64,000 bases of DNA from an archaeon 13_2_20CM_2_53_6 (GTDB lineage: Archaea > Thermoproteota > Bathyarchaeia > 40CM-2-53-6), in NCBI GenBank assembly GCA_001915065.1, contig MNDT01000061.1:2954-66953 (forward strand), read 5' to 3'. The stretch's first letter is position 1, and every line of letters begins with the position of its first letter. Position numbers and translations under genes: made by a program. The notes beneath the pieces were generated by a model. That model did no database searches and had not been told where the DNA came from. It saw only the letters and a program-made list of their open reading frames with translations. Positions 10,258 to 19,863 of the stretch are shown here, one piece after another.

Positions 10258-11265
10258 TCACCACTCTTCCTTCCATGGGAGCTCTGAAAGAACCTTCTCA
10301 GTCGCCAAATGCCCCCACCAAGAAGAGTGTTCACGATACCAATTCACAGTCCTCGTTAATGCGGCGTCAAATTCGATTGCGGGCTTCCATCCGAGCTGGC
10401 GACGTGCCTTTGCGGAGTTCAGGCTGTATCTGAAATCGTGCCCCGGCCTGTCATCAACTTCAACTAACTCGGCCGAGGGAATGTCAAGCAAACGAAGCAA
10501 ACGTTGCGCCAGGTCTCTATTCGACAATTCATTTCCAGCAGAAATGTTGTACACTTGCCCCGGATCTCCTTTCTGTATCGCGAGCTCTATTGCGGCACAG
10601 AAATCATCCACGTATATCCAATCTCGAATTTGTCTTCCCCCACCGTAGATGGGAATGCCCTTTCCTCGTATGGATCGAATGATGGCTTTGGGAATGAACT
10701 TCTCGGGGTGTTGCCAAGGTCCGAAGTTGTTCGTACACCTAAGAATAACTGTTTGAAGCTTGTATGTCGCGGCCCAAGCACACACGATTAGGTCGGCGGC
10801 GGCTTTGGTTGCCGAGTAAGGGCTGGACGGATTAAGGGGACTCTCTTCGTCAAAAGACCCACGGTCGATCGATCCATAGACCTCATCCGTCGAAATATGC
10901 ACCAACCTGTCAACGTTCACCTCATTAGCAGCTCTAACGAGGTTGAAGACTGCCCTAGCGTTGCTCTCAAAGAATGGCTCTGAGTTCGCAATGCTTCTAT
11001 CCACATGAGTCTGGGCTGCAAAGTTCACGATTAAGTTAGCATTCTTCACGACTCGCCGAGTGAACTCATAGTCGGCGAGGTCCCCTTTGACGAAATGGTA
11101 ACGCTTGTCTTCGCTAATGTCTTGAAGACTTGCACGGTTGCTTCCGAGACTTTCGTTATCGATGTTAGTGACCCTGAGGTTCTTACGAGAGGATCGAAGC
11201 AGACGATGAACGAAGTTGCTTCCAATGAAACCTAGACCTCCAGTTACAATGATTTGATCTGTCAA
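10258..11265 (-). CDS. rmlB: dTDP-glucose 4,6-dehydratase
   Basis: Rossmann TGGLGFIGSNF, catalytic YSATKAA (YxxxK), and other RmlB-typical blocks (ISTDEVYG). Confidence 0.85.
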   Translation of the reverse strand: MTDQIIVTGGLGFIGSNFVHRLLRSSRKNLRVTNIDNESLGSNRASLQDISEDKRYHFVKGDLADYEFTRRVVKNANLIVNFAAQTHVDRSIANSEPFFESNARAVFNLVRAANEVNVDRLVHISTDEVYGSIDRGSFDEESPLNPSSPYSATKAAADLIVCAWAATYKLQTVILRCTNNFGPWQHPEKFIPKAIIRSIRGKGIPIYGGGRQIRDWIYVDDFCAAIELAIQKGDPGQVYNISAGNELSNRDLAQRLLRLLDIPSAELVEVDDRPGHDFRYSLNSAKARRQLGWKPAIEFDAALTRTVNWYREHSSWWGHLATEKVLSELPWKEEW

Positions 11266-11364
11266 ATAACGGTGGCCTCTGTCATTCCGGTCATGGCACT
11301 TTCAGCCACTCGCTGCCTTTCACTCAAGCTTGAAAAGGCATGCATCCTGTGTTGTGTTTCGCTC

Positions 11365-12288
11365 TTGGACAAGCTTCTTGTCGTTGGTTCCACTGGGTTA
11401 GTAGGATCGAAAATTGCCTCTTTGGCTCATGGTTATGAATTTGAGACGTATAACACTCATAACTCCAGACCTTCGCCCTTTCCAAACTCGACAAAGCTCG
11501 ACATTACGGACCGAGACGCCACTATGACTTTATTGGCCAAGATCCGCCCTTATGCGATAATCAACGTTGCGGCCCTGACAAATGTGGACTATTGTGAGAC
11601 TCATAAGGAAGAAGCTGAACGGGTTAACGTTGGCGGGGCTACGAGCCTAGCTGATGCGGCGCGTCAGAACAACAGCAGATTTGTCCACGTATCAACCGAC
11701 TCGGTGTTCGATGGAACGTATGGCCACTACACTGAAGACGATATGCCCAATCCGATCAACCACTATTCGAAGACTAAGCTGGATTCCGAGACTGTTGTAG
11801 CTCAGCTCTTGAGCTACGCGATTGCTAGACCTAGCGTCGTTTATGGTTGGCATGCTCGGGTTGGTAGAACACCTTCCGGTTCGACGAAAGCGATGAACTT
11901 TGCCATGTTTGTTTTGGACAGGCTCGGCAAGAGTGAGCCGGTTAGGGTCGTTAGAGACCAGTATAGTTCTCCCACGTTTGCAGACAACTTGGCTCATTCA
12001 CTGCTCAGACTCGCAAGGCTAACCGAGAATGGCATCTTTCATACGGCAGGCAGGTCATGTCTTAGCCGCTACGAGTTTGCCCTATTGTTGGCCAAGATTT
12101 TCGGGTACCCGCCTGATTTGGTGCAACCTGTCTCTACTGGTGAATTCGATCAGGCGGCCCAAAGGCCAAAGAATTGCTGCCTCCGAGTCGAGAAGGCGGA
12201 GAAGGCCCTAAAAATGCACTTTCTAACTGCGCAAGAGGGATTGATTGAGATGAAGAAACAGGCCCGGTCCAAGCCCAATGACCGTTGA
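11365..12288 (+). CDS. rmlD: dTDP-4-dehydrorhamnose reductase
   Basis: N-terminal LLVVGSTGLVG Rossmann motif and YSKTKLDSE (YxxxK). A TTG start at 11365 is likely. The ORF-track start at 11254 would overlap the divergent rmlB by 12 nt. Confidence 0.7.
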   Translation: MDKLLVVGSTGLVGSKIASLAHGYEFETYNTHNSRPSPFPNSTKLDITDRDATMTLLAKIRPYAIINVAALTNVDYCETHKEEAERVNVGGATSLADAARQNNSRFVHVSTDSVFDGTYGHYTEDDMPNPINHYSKTKLDSETVVAQLLSYAIARPSVVYGWHARVGRTPSGSTKAMNFAMFVLDRLGKSEPVRVVRDQYSSPTFADNLAHSLLRLARLTENGIFHTAGRSCLSRYEFALLLAKIFGYPPDLVQPVSTGEFDQAAQRPKNCCLRVEKAEKALKMHFLTAQEGLIEMKKQARSKPNDR

Positions 12289-12404
12289 ATCGAATGCCTG
12301 CTGGTTCGAATAAGCGGCGTCGGAGCGGGCGATATACGTCCGCATGAATGTGCATATCCGAAGGCGAGGAGAGAGGAATTTGGTTGTTCTCGACGTTATC
12401 CTTC

Positions 12405-13415
12405 TTACACACTGATTACACCTCTGATTTGCAATGCCGAGTCCTGAAGTGACTTCCTTATCGCCACCCTAAAGTTGCGGTTCCTGATCTGCCTTACCAC
12501 CGTAGATAGAGGGAGCCCAAGAATGGCATCGACAAAGAAGAGGAACTGCAGAAGGTTCGGACGCATATTCCATTTACGAGCGAATAAGATCATACTCCTG
12601 CAGAAAAGATACCTTCTCGTTGCGCTCTCCATCTGTAGTACACCTCCATGACCCTGACGATGCTCCACTTTAACGCTAGAGAGCAGGATTCTTTTGATTC
12701 CCGCTCTTTCAGCCCTCTTGGCAAGATCTACATCGTTCCACCAGACGGGAAAGCGGGGGTCAAAGATGATCCCGAGGTTCTCAATCGCGCGACGGCTTAG
12801 AAGTAGAAAGCTTGCTCCTGGTGACTCGACAGAAACTGTTTCAGGAAAATTCTCGTCCTGATAGGTGTATCTTCTTCGGACGAGATGGTTCATCAACTTC
12901 CCATCTAGAAAAGACCCCACATAGCCGAAGTCGAAGAAGACTCGTGTGACGGTGGGAAAACGCCTCGTGACTACCCTCTGGGTCTTGCCGTTTTCGTGAA
13001 CCATCTCTGTCGTCATGATTGCATTCGTGTGAGAGGTTCCGTAACGCAATAATTCTAAGAACCCTGTGTTAAAAGCAACGTCAGGGTTGCACAGCAAGAT
13101 CCAATTTCCTCTTGCTTTCCGGTACGCCTGGTCTGTAGCCCTTGATAGACCCACATTTTTCGAATTGTACGCTACCTTCAGCCCTATACCCTTGAAGGTC
13201 AATTCGCTTTCTTGAAGGTATTCGACAGTACCATCTGTTGAGCCATTGTCAACTACCAGGGTTTCTATTTCAATAGGAAGATCCTTCAGTCTGGCCAGTG
13301 ACATGAGACAGGTCATAATCGCATTTCTGCAATTCCACGTGACGATCAATATTGAAACCATGCCTAGCTGTCGGGCGATTGGGGATTCGCTTGAGGTTTT
13401 GCGAGGTTTCGCCAT
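12405..13415 (-). CDS. GT2-family glycosyltransferase (rhamnosyltransferase-like)
   Basis: ILIVTWN...VVDNGSTDGT and a DxD-like CNPDV, typical of GT-A fold. Confidence 0.65.
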   Translation of the reverse strand: MAKPRKTSSESPIARQLGMVSILIVTWNCRNAIMTCLMSLARLKDLPIEIETLVVDNGSTDGTVEYLQESELTFKGIGLKVAYNSKNVGLSRATDQAYRKARGNWILLCNPDVAFNTGFLELLRYGTSHTNAIMTTEMVHENGKTQRVVTRRFPTVTRVFFDFGYVGSFLDGKLMNHLVRRRYTYQDENFPETVSVESPGASFLLLSRRAIENLGIIFDPRFPVWWNDVDLAKRAERAGIKRILLSSVKVEHRQGHGGVLQMESATRRYLFCRSMILFARKWNMRPNLLQFLFFVDAILGLPLSTVVRQIRNRNFRVAIRKSLQDSALQIRGVISV

Positions 13416-13592
13416 GATTTTACAGTGTCATTTTTTAGTTTGGGGCTTCCATGAACTATTGAAGCCTGTGTCGAGATCTCTCATGGTATTCACGTTATCC
13501 CATGACTTTATGATCATCGCCTGGTTAGGGCAGAATACAATTGCAAAGACTTCGCAAATTAGTCAAATTGAATTTGACTATTCATCGACTAT

Positions 13593-14135
13593 TTGCATGA
13601 AGAATCGATTTGCAGGTTCGAACTGGAGTCGTTTAGCTTGACTACCCTGAATCTGGGATGCGCAAACGACCCTTGGGGAGATGTCAAGGTTGACATTTCC
13701 TTCAGGACTCAGACCGGTGCACCCTCGCATCCTGACATGATTGCTGATGCTCACAACCTGCCCTTTCGAGATGCTTCATTTGAGTTTACTCGTTGTTGGC
13801 ATGTCTTGGAACACTTGAAGAATCCACATCAAGCTTTGAGAGAAATACGTAGGGTCTCAAGTCATGGCGAAATTAGGTTTCCGTATGATGACGGTTTCAA
13901 GAGGGAAGCGATTTGGGGAATCTCGATCCTTCAACCCATGATATTCTGGGGTGCCATAAAGACCCGCAGCGTAAGGGCCCATCTTTGGAAGATTCATCCA
14001 GACTCGCTAGCGCATGGTTGCAAAGTCAGGCTGAACCATCACTTCCTATTCGCTCCGATCAGCGGCCGGAAGGCCCACTATTTTCGAGGCTTCGCCTTTC
14101 CTAGAATAAAGCGTGAGTGGGTTCTGACATACTAA
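13593..14135 (+). CDS. Class I SAM-dependent methyltransferase domain protein
   Basis: Motif I-like LNLGCANDPWGDVKVD, an acidic loop, and HVLEHL motif (Methyltransf_11-like). The precise start is uncertain. Confidence 0.5.
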   Translation: MHEESICRFELESFSLTTLNLGCANDPWGDVKVDISFRTQTGAPSHPDMIADAHNLPFRDASFEFTRCWHVLEHLKNPHQALREIRRVSSHGEIRFPYDDGFKREAIWGISILQPMIFWGAIKTRSVRAHLWKIHPDSLAHGCKVRLNHHFLFAPISGRKAHYFRGFAFPRIKREWVLTY

Positions 14136-14267
14136 AAATGTGGCAGTGCGACCGATTATAAGAACCGAGCAGACTAGGAAACCCGCCTTCAATGCTCCCT
14201 GATTCCAGAAATTTCAGAAAGTCTGTAAGTGGAAGCCATAGACTTGATTCTACCCGAGTTTTCTTGA

Positions 14268-14759
14268 CTATTTGTGCGGCGCCGAGTTCCACTCAAAAGG
14301 TTTCGATGTCCTCGGATCGACAATCCGGGGGTCATTCCACGGCCTTCTTTGTTCGTCAGGGTTACTGGCATCATAGAGGCGAGTTACCAAGTAGAGCGTA
14401 AACGAGGCTTTTGGCCCTAGTGTCTTCGTACCGTGCCAATAATGTCCCGGCACTCGAACCATCTGAAGCTTCTCGCTACTTGCGATGATTTCCGATAATT
14501 GTTTTTGAGTTGGGGAGTCTTCCTCATCATCGTAGGCGCATATCTTCATCGTGCCCTTCAGGACAATCAGGTAGTCCACTTGGCCTTTCTCATGTCTGTG
14601 CCAAGCTCTGATTGTCCCAGGATAGGTAAAAGACAAGTTCGATTGCATGATTCTGTCTTGTCCTAATAGCATCTTCCAGTCTTCTCTCATTATTTCTGCA
14701 AAGAAGCCACGTTCGTCCACCGATTTGTTGATGTCCTGAACCTTAACGCCTGGTAGCAT
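14268..14759 (-). CDS. rmlC: dTDP-4-dehydrorhamnose 3,5-epimerase (cupin)
   Basis: DERGFF motif and the conserved His/Tyr pattern of RmlC (WHRHEKGQVDY). Confidence 0.75.
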   Translation of the reverse strand: MLPGVKVQDINKSVDERGFFAEIMREDWKMLLGQDRIMQSNLSFTYPGTIRAWHRHEKGQVDYLIVLKGTMKICAYDDEEDSPTQKQLSEIIASSEKLQMVRVPGHYWHGTKTLGPKASFTLYLVTRLYDASNPDEQRRPWNDPRIVDPRTSKPFEWNSAPHK

Positions 14760-14921
14760 GAGAACGGATCTGATCCACGTTTATTAAAAAGCATCTAACT
14801 GTATTCCAGTAAACAATTGAGAATCCTAATCTAGTAGTCTGATCAATCTTTCCAATCGATGAAATGGGTGTTTTCAAATGATCGATCCTCAAATGGTCCC
14901 GCCTTGTGAGACGGCCCAACA

Positions 14922-16163
14922 ATGATGCTTCTATCGAACCTTTCGGCGTGTAGAGCTTGCGGTAGCTCTCAACTGAGACTTGGCCTTGACCTAGGCCGGC
15001 TCCCGCTTGCGAATTCGTTTCTGTCGCGCCAGCGTGCCATGGACGCGACCCCCGACCCACTATATCCGCTAAGAGTATTTCGTTGCGAGAATTGCGGGCT
15101 CATCCAACTCCTTGACGTGGTTGACAAGAAAGAGATGTTTGACGATTACGTTTTCCTAACATCAACTGCTAGAACGACAGTGCTTCACTTCGACCGTTAT
15201 GCCGAAGAACTGACCAAGAGACTATCTCTGAACTCGGAGGATCTAGTGGTTGACATAGGGAGTAACGACGGTACCCTGCTTAAGGCCTTCAAACAACGAG
15301 GCACTCGAGTCTTGGGAATAGAGCCCGCCCACAACCTAGCCATCCGAGCTACGAAAGAGGGGATACCCACCCTTAACGAGTACCTTGGACCGGAAACGGT
15401 GGAACGAATTGGGAGAAGTCAGTCGCGACTGGTAACAGCAAACAATGTTGTATCGCATGTCAACGACTTGAACGGATTCATGAAAACAGTATCCATGCTT
15501 CTGGCCCCCCAAGGGCTCTTTGCGTTCGAGGTCCCCTGGGTGGTCGATGTCATGCACAATTACAATTTCGACATCATCTATCATGAACACCTCTCTTATT
15601 TTGGGTTCAAGCCTCTAGCACGAGTATTGGAGAGTCACAACCTGGAGCTGATCGACCTGCAACAATTCCCCGAAATACATGGAGGCACTCTACGAGGATT
15701 GGCATCACATACTGATGCCTTCGCGAAGCGATCTGACGTCCTCAAGAAAGCATTCCTCAATGAAGAAAGGGGGGCAAGCTTTCAAGCGCTTGAACAATTT
15801 GCGAACCAGGTCTACTCCATCAAGACTAGGTTATCAGAGATGCTTCACAGGCTGAAGAAAGAAGGAAAGAAGATCGTTGGTTACGGCGCCCCCGCCAAAG
15901 CCACGATCCTGCTGAACTATTGCTCCATAGACAGGTCTGTGCTCGATTTCGTTACCGATACCACCCCTTTGAAGCAGGGCAGATTCGTTCCAGGAGTACG
16001 AATCCCCATAGTTTCGCCAAACGAATTGGGAAAATCAAGGCCTGATTACGCCCTTCTCCTAGCTTGGAATTTCAAGGATGAAATTGTTCAGAAGGAGCAG
16101 GAATACCTCAAGTCGGGTGGAAAGTTCATAATTCCCTTTCCAGAACCAAGAATCTTGAATTAA
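14922..16163 (+). CDS. NDP-hexose C-methyltransferase (TylCIII/EryBIII-like): N-terminal Zn-ribbon, SAM MTase domain, C-terminal C-methyltransferase domain
   Basis: CRACGS...CENCG zinc ribbon and a VVDIGSNDG SAM motif. A ~120-aa C-terminal domain typical of sugar C3-methyltransferases. Confidence 0.65.
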   Translation: MMLLSNLSACRACGSSQLRLGLDLGRLPLANSFLSRQRAMDATPDPLYPLRVFRCENCGLIQLLDVVDKKEMFDDYVFLTSTARTTVLHFDRYAEELTKRLSLNSEDLVVDIGSNDGTLLKAFKQRGTRVLGIEPAHNLAIRATKEGIPTLNEYLGPETVERIGRSQSRLVTANNVVSHVNDLNGFMKTVSMLLAPQGLFAFEVPWVVDVMHNYNFDIIYHEHLSYFGFKPLARVLESHNLELIDLQQFPEIHGGTLRGLASHTDAFAKRSDVLKKAFLNEERGASFQALEQFANQVYSIKTRLSEMLHRLKKEGKKIVGYGAPAKATILLNYCSIDRSVLDFVTDTTPLKQGRFVPGVRIPIVSPNELGKSRPDYALLLAWNFKDEIVQKEQEYLKSGGKFIIPFPEPRILN

Positions 16164-16198
16164 GCCCACCTTCAACTCGCCAACGTAGGTCCATGTGA

Positions 16199-16858
16199 AT
16201 GACTGGGGAGATAATTGCAACGATAGCAATCGTCACGGCGGTAAGAACGTTCTGGATTGCCACCCGTCCACTCCCGCACGATGTGCAGCCGGCCATCATG
16301 GTAGGATTGCGAAGGATTCTGCGGGTTCTTAGTAGTGAGGTCAAGGTCGAAGGGAATGCGCCTTATGGCTTAGTCTGGTATGGGATCAATCTACCTTTCG
16401 CCAAACTTGCCGCTTACGACGGTCGAAGATGGATGATCGCACTCGCGCTCGTTGACAGTCTCTTTCTCTGGCTAAGCCAGACCTTGGGTCTCTTAGGATT
16501 CGCCGCTTACCTGTTCATAGGTACTTTCCAACTCCTTCGCGCTCCCTGGAATGTAACGATAGACTGGATTATTGTCTTGGGACCCATTGCCTGGTGGTTC
16601 CTAATCATTGCGCCAATCGCCAAGCTGCCGATAGGTCTGCCGTTGCACGCGTTCGGGGATACTGGCCGCGGGCTTTTCTATCAACACAACTACATCTATT
16701 ATGGCCTGCTCGGAACACTCTGGCTGATTGTCTTCTTCGATCTCTTCCTTCAAGCGATCCGTGATCTATCAATAGTCGCGTTTGGATTCGCATGGGCTCC
16801 TCTTTTGGGGTATCTATACCTGAGGAGGCGTTCAAGTGGAGCCTTACATCCGAAGTAA
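16199..16858 (+). CDS. Integral membrane protein, hypothetical (glycan cluster)
   Basis: 219 aa, about 6 TM helices, Trp-rich; no recognisable motif. Confidence 0.35.
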   Translation: MTGEIIATIAIVTAVRTFWIATRPLPHDVQPAIMVGLRRILRVLSSEVKVEGNAPYGLVWYGINLPFAKLAAYDGRRWMIALALVDSLFLWLSQTLGLLGFAAYLFIGTFQLLRAPWNVTIDWIIVLGPIAWWFLIIAPIAKLPIGLPLHAFGDTGRGLFYQHNYIYYGLLGTLWLIVFFDLFLQAIRDLSIVAFGFAWAPLLGYLYLRRRSSGALHPK

Positions 16859-16868
16859 TTGGCAACCC

Positions 16869-17978
16869 TCACACCTCATATTCTTTCAAGGTAATAGCAA
16901 GAGACGACTCGAAAGCTTTCGTGTTGAACGCTTCTGCTCGTGTCGAAGCATGGTGAGAAAGCCGAGCCCGCAACGTTTCGTTCCCCATAACCTTCGAGAT
17001 TAGTTGAGAAGCCTCGTCGGTGTTCTTCCATCTATATCCCACATCCTCGGTCACTATTTCACGTGGACCACCGCTGTCATGCACGACTGGGACACAGCCT
17101 GCGGCCATGGCCTCGACAATCGTGATTCCAAAGTGTTCGTTCTCAGCGCAGTGGACGTAGACTTTTGCCCTCGAAACAACGTCTCTTGCCTTTCTCAGGG
17201 GTGATAAGACCACCGAGAGGTTGGGGGGCGCATTCCTTTCGAGAGACTTATAGTAAGGGTCATCTGTGTTCGGTACGCTTCCGATTATCATAAATCGAGT
17301 CTTCGGAAGTTTCCGTGCTATCTCTGCGAGAAGATGAAATCGTTTCTCGGGCACTATCCGGCCGGTAGCTATCGCGATGTCTTCCCGATCGCTGTTAGAT
17401 GACTTGTAGAGCTCTATGGGGCATGGCGGATAGAGTGTAGTCGAATTCCTGCGCCAGATCTGCCTCACAAATTCTCGTGAATAATCAGAGACAGCAAGGA
17501 ACCTGTCTACGTGTTTAGCCCGGTTTCGATAAAAAAGTCTGGCTGGTGAATAATATAGCCTCCACAGGGGCGATGATGGCGCGGATTGCAGATGCCTAAA
17601 GTATTCTGGAAAATAGCAATACTGGACTATAGGGGCTCGGATACTCGGAACATATCCTACATCTTGAGTACCGAGAACAAGACTAAACTGCTTTTTCCCT
17701 GAGAGAACCTTACGAAATTGGTTCTGGTAGTAATATAGCCTCTGGTAAAGAAGAGCCCAAGATCGTATCAATGGTTTGAATTCTGGGTAAGAGAGCTGCC
17801 AGACCTTTTCAAAAAGCCCGTAGCATCCAAAGAAATCCTCAAACCGCTGAACGTCGAATTCTTCTGACAAAAGCGTGACTTCGTGTCCCATATTCATTCC
17901 AGCAAGCATTGAGTGAATGGCGACACGTTCACCGCCGCCCATAATGCTCATTCTAGGATGAACAACCAGAATCCTCAT
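16869..17978 (-). CDS. GT4-family glycosyltransferase (GT-B fold)
   Basis: C-terminal EHFGITIVEAMAAGCVPV (the E-x7-E region typical of GT4). Confidence 0.7.
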   Translation of the reverse strand: MRILVVHPRMSIMGGGERVAIHSMLAGMNMGHEVTLLSEEFDVQRFEDFFGCYGLFEKVWQLSYPEFKPLIRSWALLYQRLYYYQNQFRKVLSGKKQFSLVLGTQDVGYVPSIRAPIVQYCYFPEYFRHLQSAPSSPLWRLYYSPARLFYRNRAKHVDRFLAVSDYSREFVRQIWRRNSTTLYPPCPIELYKSSNSDREDIAIATGRIVPEKRFHLLAEIARKLPKTRFMIIGSVPNTDDPYYKSLERNAPPNLSVVLSPLRKARDVVSRAKVYVHCAENEHFGITIVEAMAAGCVPVVHDSGGPREIVTEDVGYRWKNTDEASQLISKVMGNETLRARLSHHASTRAEAFNTKAFESSLAITLKEYEV

Positions 17979-18099
17979 CTATAGATCACCTGTTCATGAA
18001 TGATATTTTCAAGAGTTCATTGCGAGGTTGCAGACAGTTCGACAGCCTAGGTCGTTAGAACTCAAGGATTAAAGCAATCTCGTGTCCTGAATCGTCAGT

Positions 18100-18891
18100 T
18101 TGAAGACAAGCATCATAATCGTCAATTATAAGGTCCCGGACCTTTTGGAAAAGTGCTTGCAAAGCATTCGCGAGCACACGAGTGATTATGAGGTCCTCGT
18201 TCACGACAATGGTCCCCCCAATCCCAACCTGGGCTTTGCAAGAGCGAATAACCTACTCATACGCAAAGCCCGAGGCGACTACATTGTTCTCTTGAATCCT
18301 GATACTTGGGTAACTGAAGGTTGGCTCGAAAAGCTCATCGAGACAGCTCAATCGGATCCCAAGATAGGTGTCGTTCAGTCAAAGACCCTTCGTCCAAACG
18401 GACTCCTCGATAGCACAGGTCATCGATACACTTTCGTGTACGGGGTCTATATCCCCGGCGATAGAGGGGCTCTAGAAGTCGACAGGGGCCAGTATGATTC
18501 TGAGACCGAACTGAAGACCTGCACATTCGCTTCGGTCCTTGTGAAGAGAAGAGTGTTTGAGACATCGGGTCTCCTGGACGAGAAGATGTTCCTCTACTGC
18601 GAGGATATGGAGTTCTGCCTTCGTGCAGCCAGACACGGATGGCGAATAGTATATTGTCCTAAGAGTGTTGTATATCACGTCAGACATGGTTCGGCGTCCA
18701 TGGTAGTGAAGATCTCGCCGTGGCAGGTCTACTTCGCATATATACAATTCAGATATTTTGGGTTCATGCCATTTCTCGCCTTCATCTTCACAACAGTTGT
18801 CCGACTTCCAGCCGGTATAAGCCGCAAAGATGCAACCTATCTGAGGAGGAAGCTCTCCATGATCCCGAAATTGAAACGTATGGTCACGTAG
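18100..18891 (+). CDS. GT2-family glycosyltransferase
   Basis: IIIVNYK...DNG and DxD-like LNPDT; a C-terminal amphipathic/TM segment. TTG start. Confidence 0.65.
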   Translation: MKTSIIIVNYKVPDLLEKCLQSIREHTSDYEVLVHDNGPPNPNLGFARANNLLIRKARGDYIVLLNPDTWVTEGWLEKLIETAQSDPKIGVVQSKTLRPNGLLDSTGHRYTFVYGVYIPGDRGALEVDRGQYDSETELKTCTFASVLVKRRVFETSGLLDEKMFLYCEDMEFCLRAARHGWRIVYCPKSVVYHVRHGSASMVVKISPWQVYFAYIQFRYFGFMPFLAFIFTTVVRLPAGISRKDATYLRRKLSMIPKLKRMVT

Positions 18892-19013
18892 AAAACCCAC
18901 AACCCTTCTCAATGCAAGGGCGAGTCAATGTTGGACTAGCTACTCGCTGTAACCAGAAGGCGACTTGCGAATGCGATATCCAGTAACTTCTCGTCTCGCC
19001 TTCCGGAAAGACA

Positions 19014-19544
19014 TTGATATACCTTGAGGCCCCCAGCAGCCCCATGAAATTATTCCACTGGTTGAGTAGGTCAATCTGGCGAAGCTGGTTCTATTTCAGG
19101 GCAGGGTATGGCACGTATATCGCTCTGCTTATGGGCTATGCTGGCAATTTGGTCGTAATCTACAAGCTCGCAGTGGTCGGCAACAAGTATCTGGAGGTCG
19201 TCTTCTACTCCTTGACAGTTTTCGCAATATTCGGTGTGCTTATTTCTGTGCCGACCGCCATTCTTCTGGGGCTATTTCACGTGAAGAGAACCGGAGCCTA
19301 TGCTGCAGATGCCTCCCTTTCAACTGAAGCTAACCCATACGTGTACAAGGTGATTCCGGGAAAGGAGCGGGAGGTCTTCTTACCGCTGATGGTTCTGACG
19401 GCCAAGGGATTGGCAAAAGTAATGCGGGAGCAGAACGCACTTACAAGGCAGGATAAGGAGGAGTTCGATCTTGTTCTCGCCAAAGCCGAGAGTCTCCTTA
19501 GAGGCCAGATGATCGGCAACCCCAGACAGAAAAATATTCCATAG
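19014..19544 (+). CDS. Membrane protein (2 TM helices) with a conserved C-terminal KVMREQNALxRQDKEEFDxxLAKA module
   Basis: The C-terminal 35-aa module recurs at 22977-23080. The differences between the two copies are mostly synonymous on the + strand, which indicates purifying selection on this frame. Confidence 0.35.
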   Translation: MIYLEAPSSPMKLFHWLSRSIWRSWFYFRAGYGTYIALLMGYAGNLVVIYKLAVVGNKYLEVVFYSLTVFAIFGVLISVPTAILLGLFHVKRTGAYAADASLSTEANPYVYKVIPGKEREVFLPLMVLTAKGLAKVMREQNALTRQDKEEFDLVLAKAESLLRGQMIGNPRQKNIP

Positions 19545-19863
19545 ACTTGATTCCTGCACCCGAATAGCGTTTGAAGCATGGCAAGAATGTGGTCGACATA
19601 TTCTTGGTAGGTTTGCTCAATCCCAACCTGCCCTTCAGCCCAGTAATCTCTTAGCTCCCAACCCACGCCCCGCTTATCGAGGGCTGGTCTTGATTAGATT
19701 CACTGATTCACCGTCCATTCCTTGCAAACTTGTCAATGCGTTCCCGACTATCAGTTTGACCCATGAAATGTTATCACCACTCGCCATTGGTGACCTACGA
19801 AAACACTCTAGATTGCGGACAGGAGAAGTGCTGATGTTTCCGATATCCGAGTAGTGGTCTCGA

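Noticed and set aside
19298-19666. Minus-strand ORF containing RRLSALARTRSNSSLSCLVSAFCSRITFA, also conserved at 22661..23131
   Set aside because: The apparent conservation comes from the + strand module. Codon-level comparison of the two copies shows synonymous changes in the + frame, so the minus-frame similarity is a by-product.
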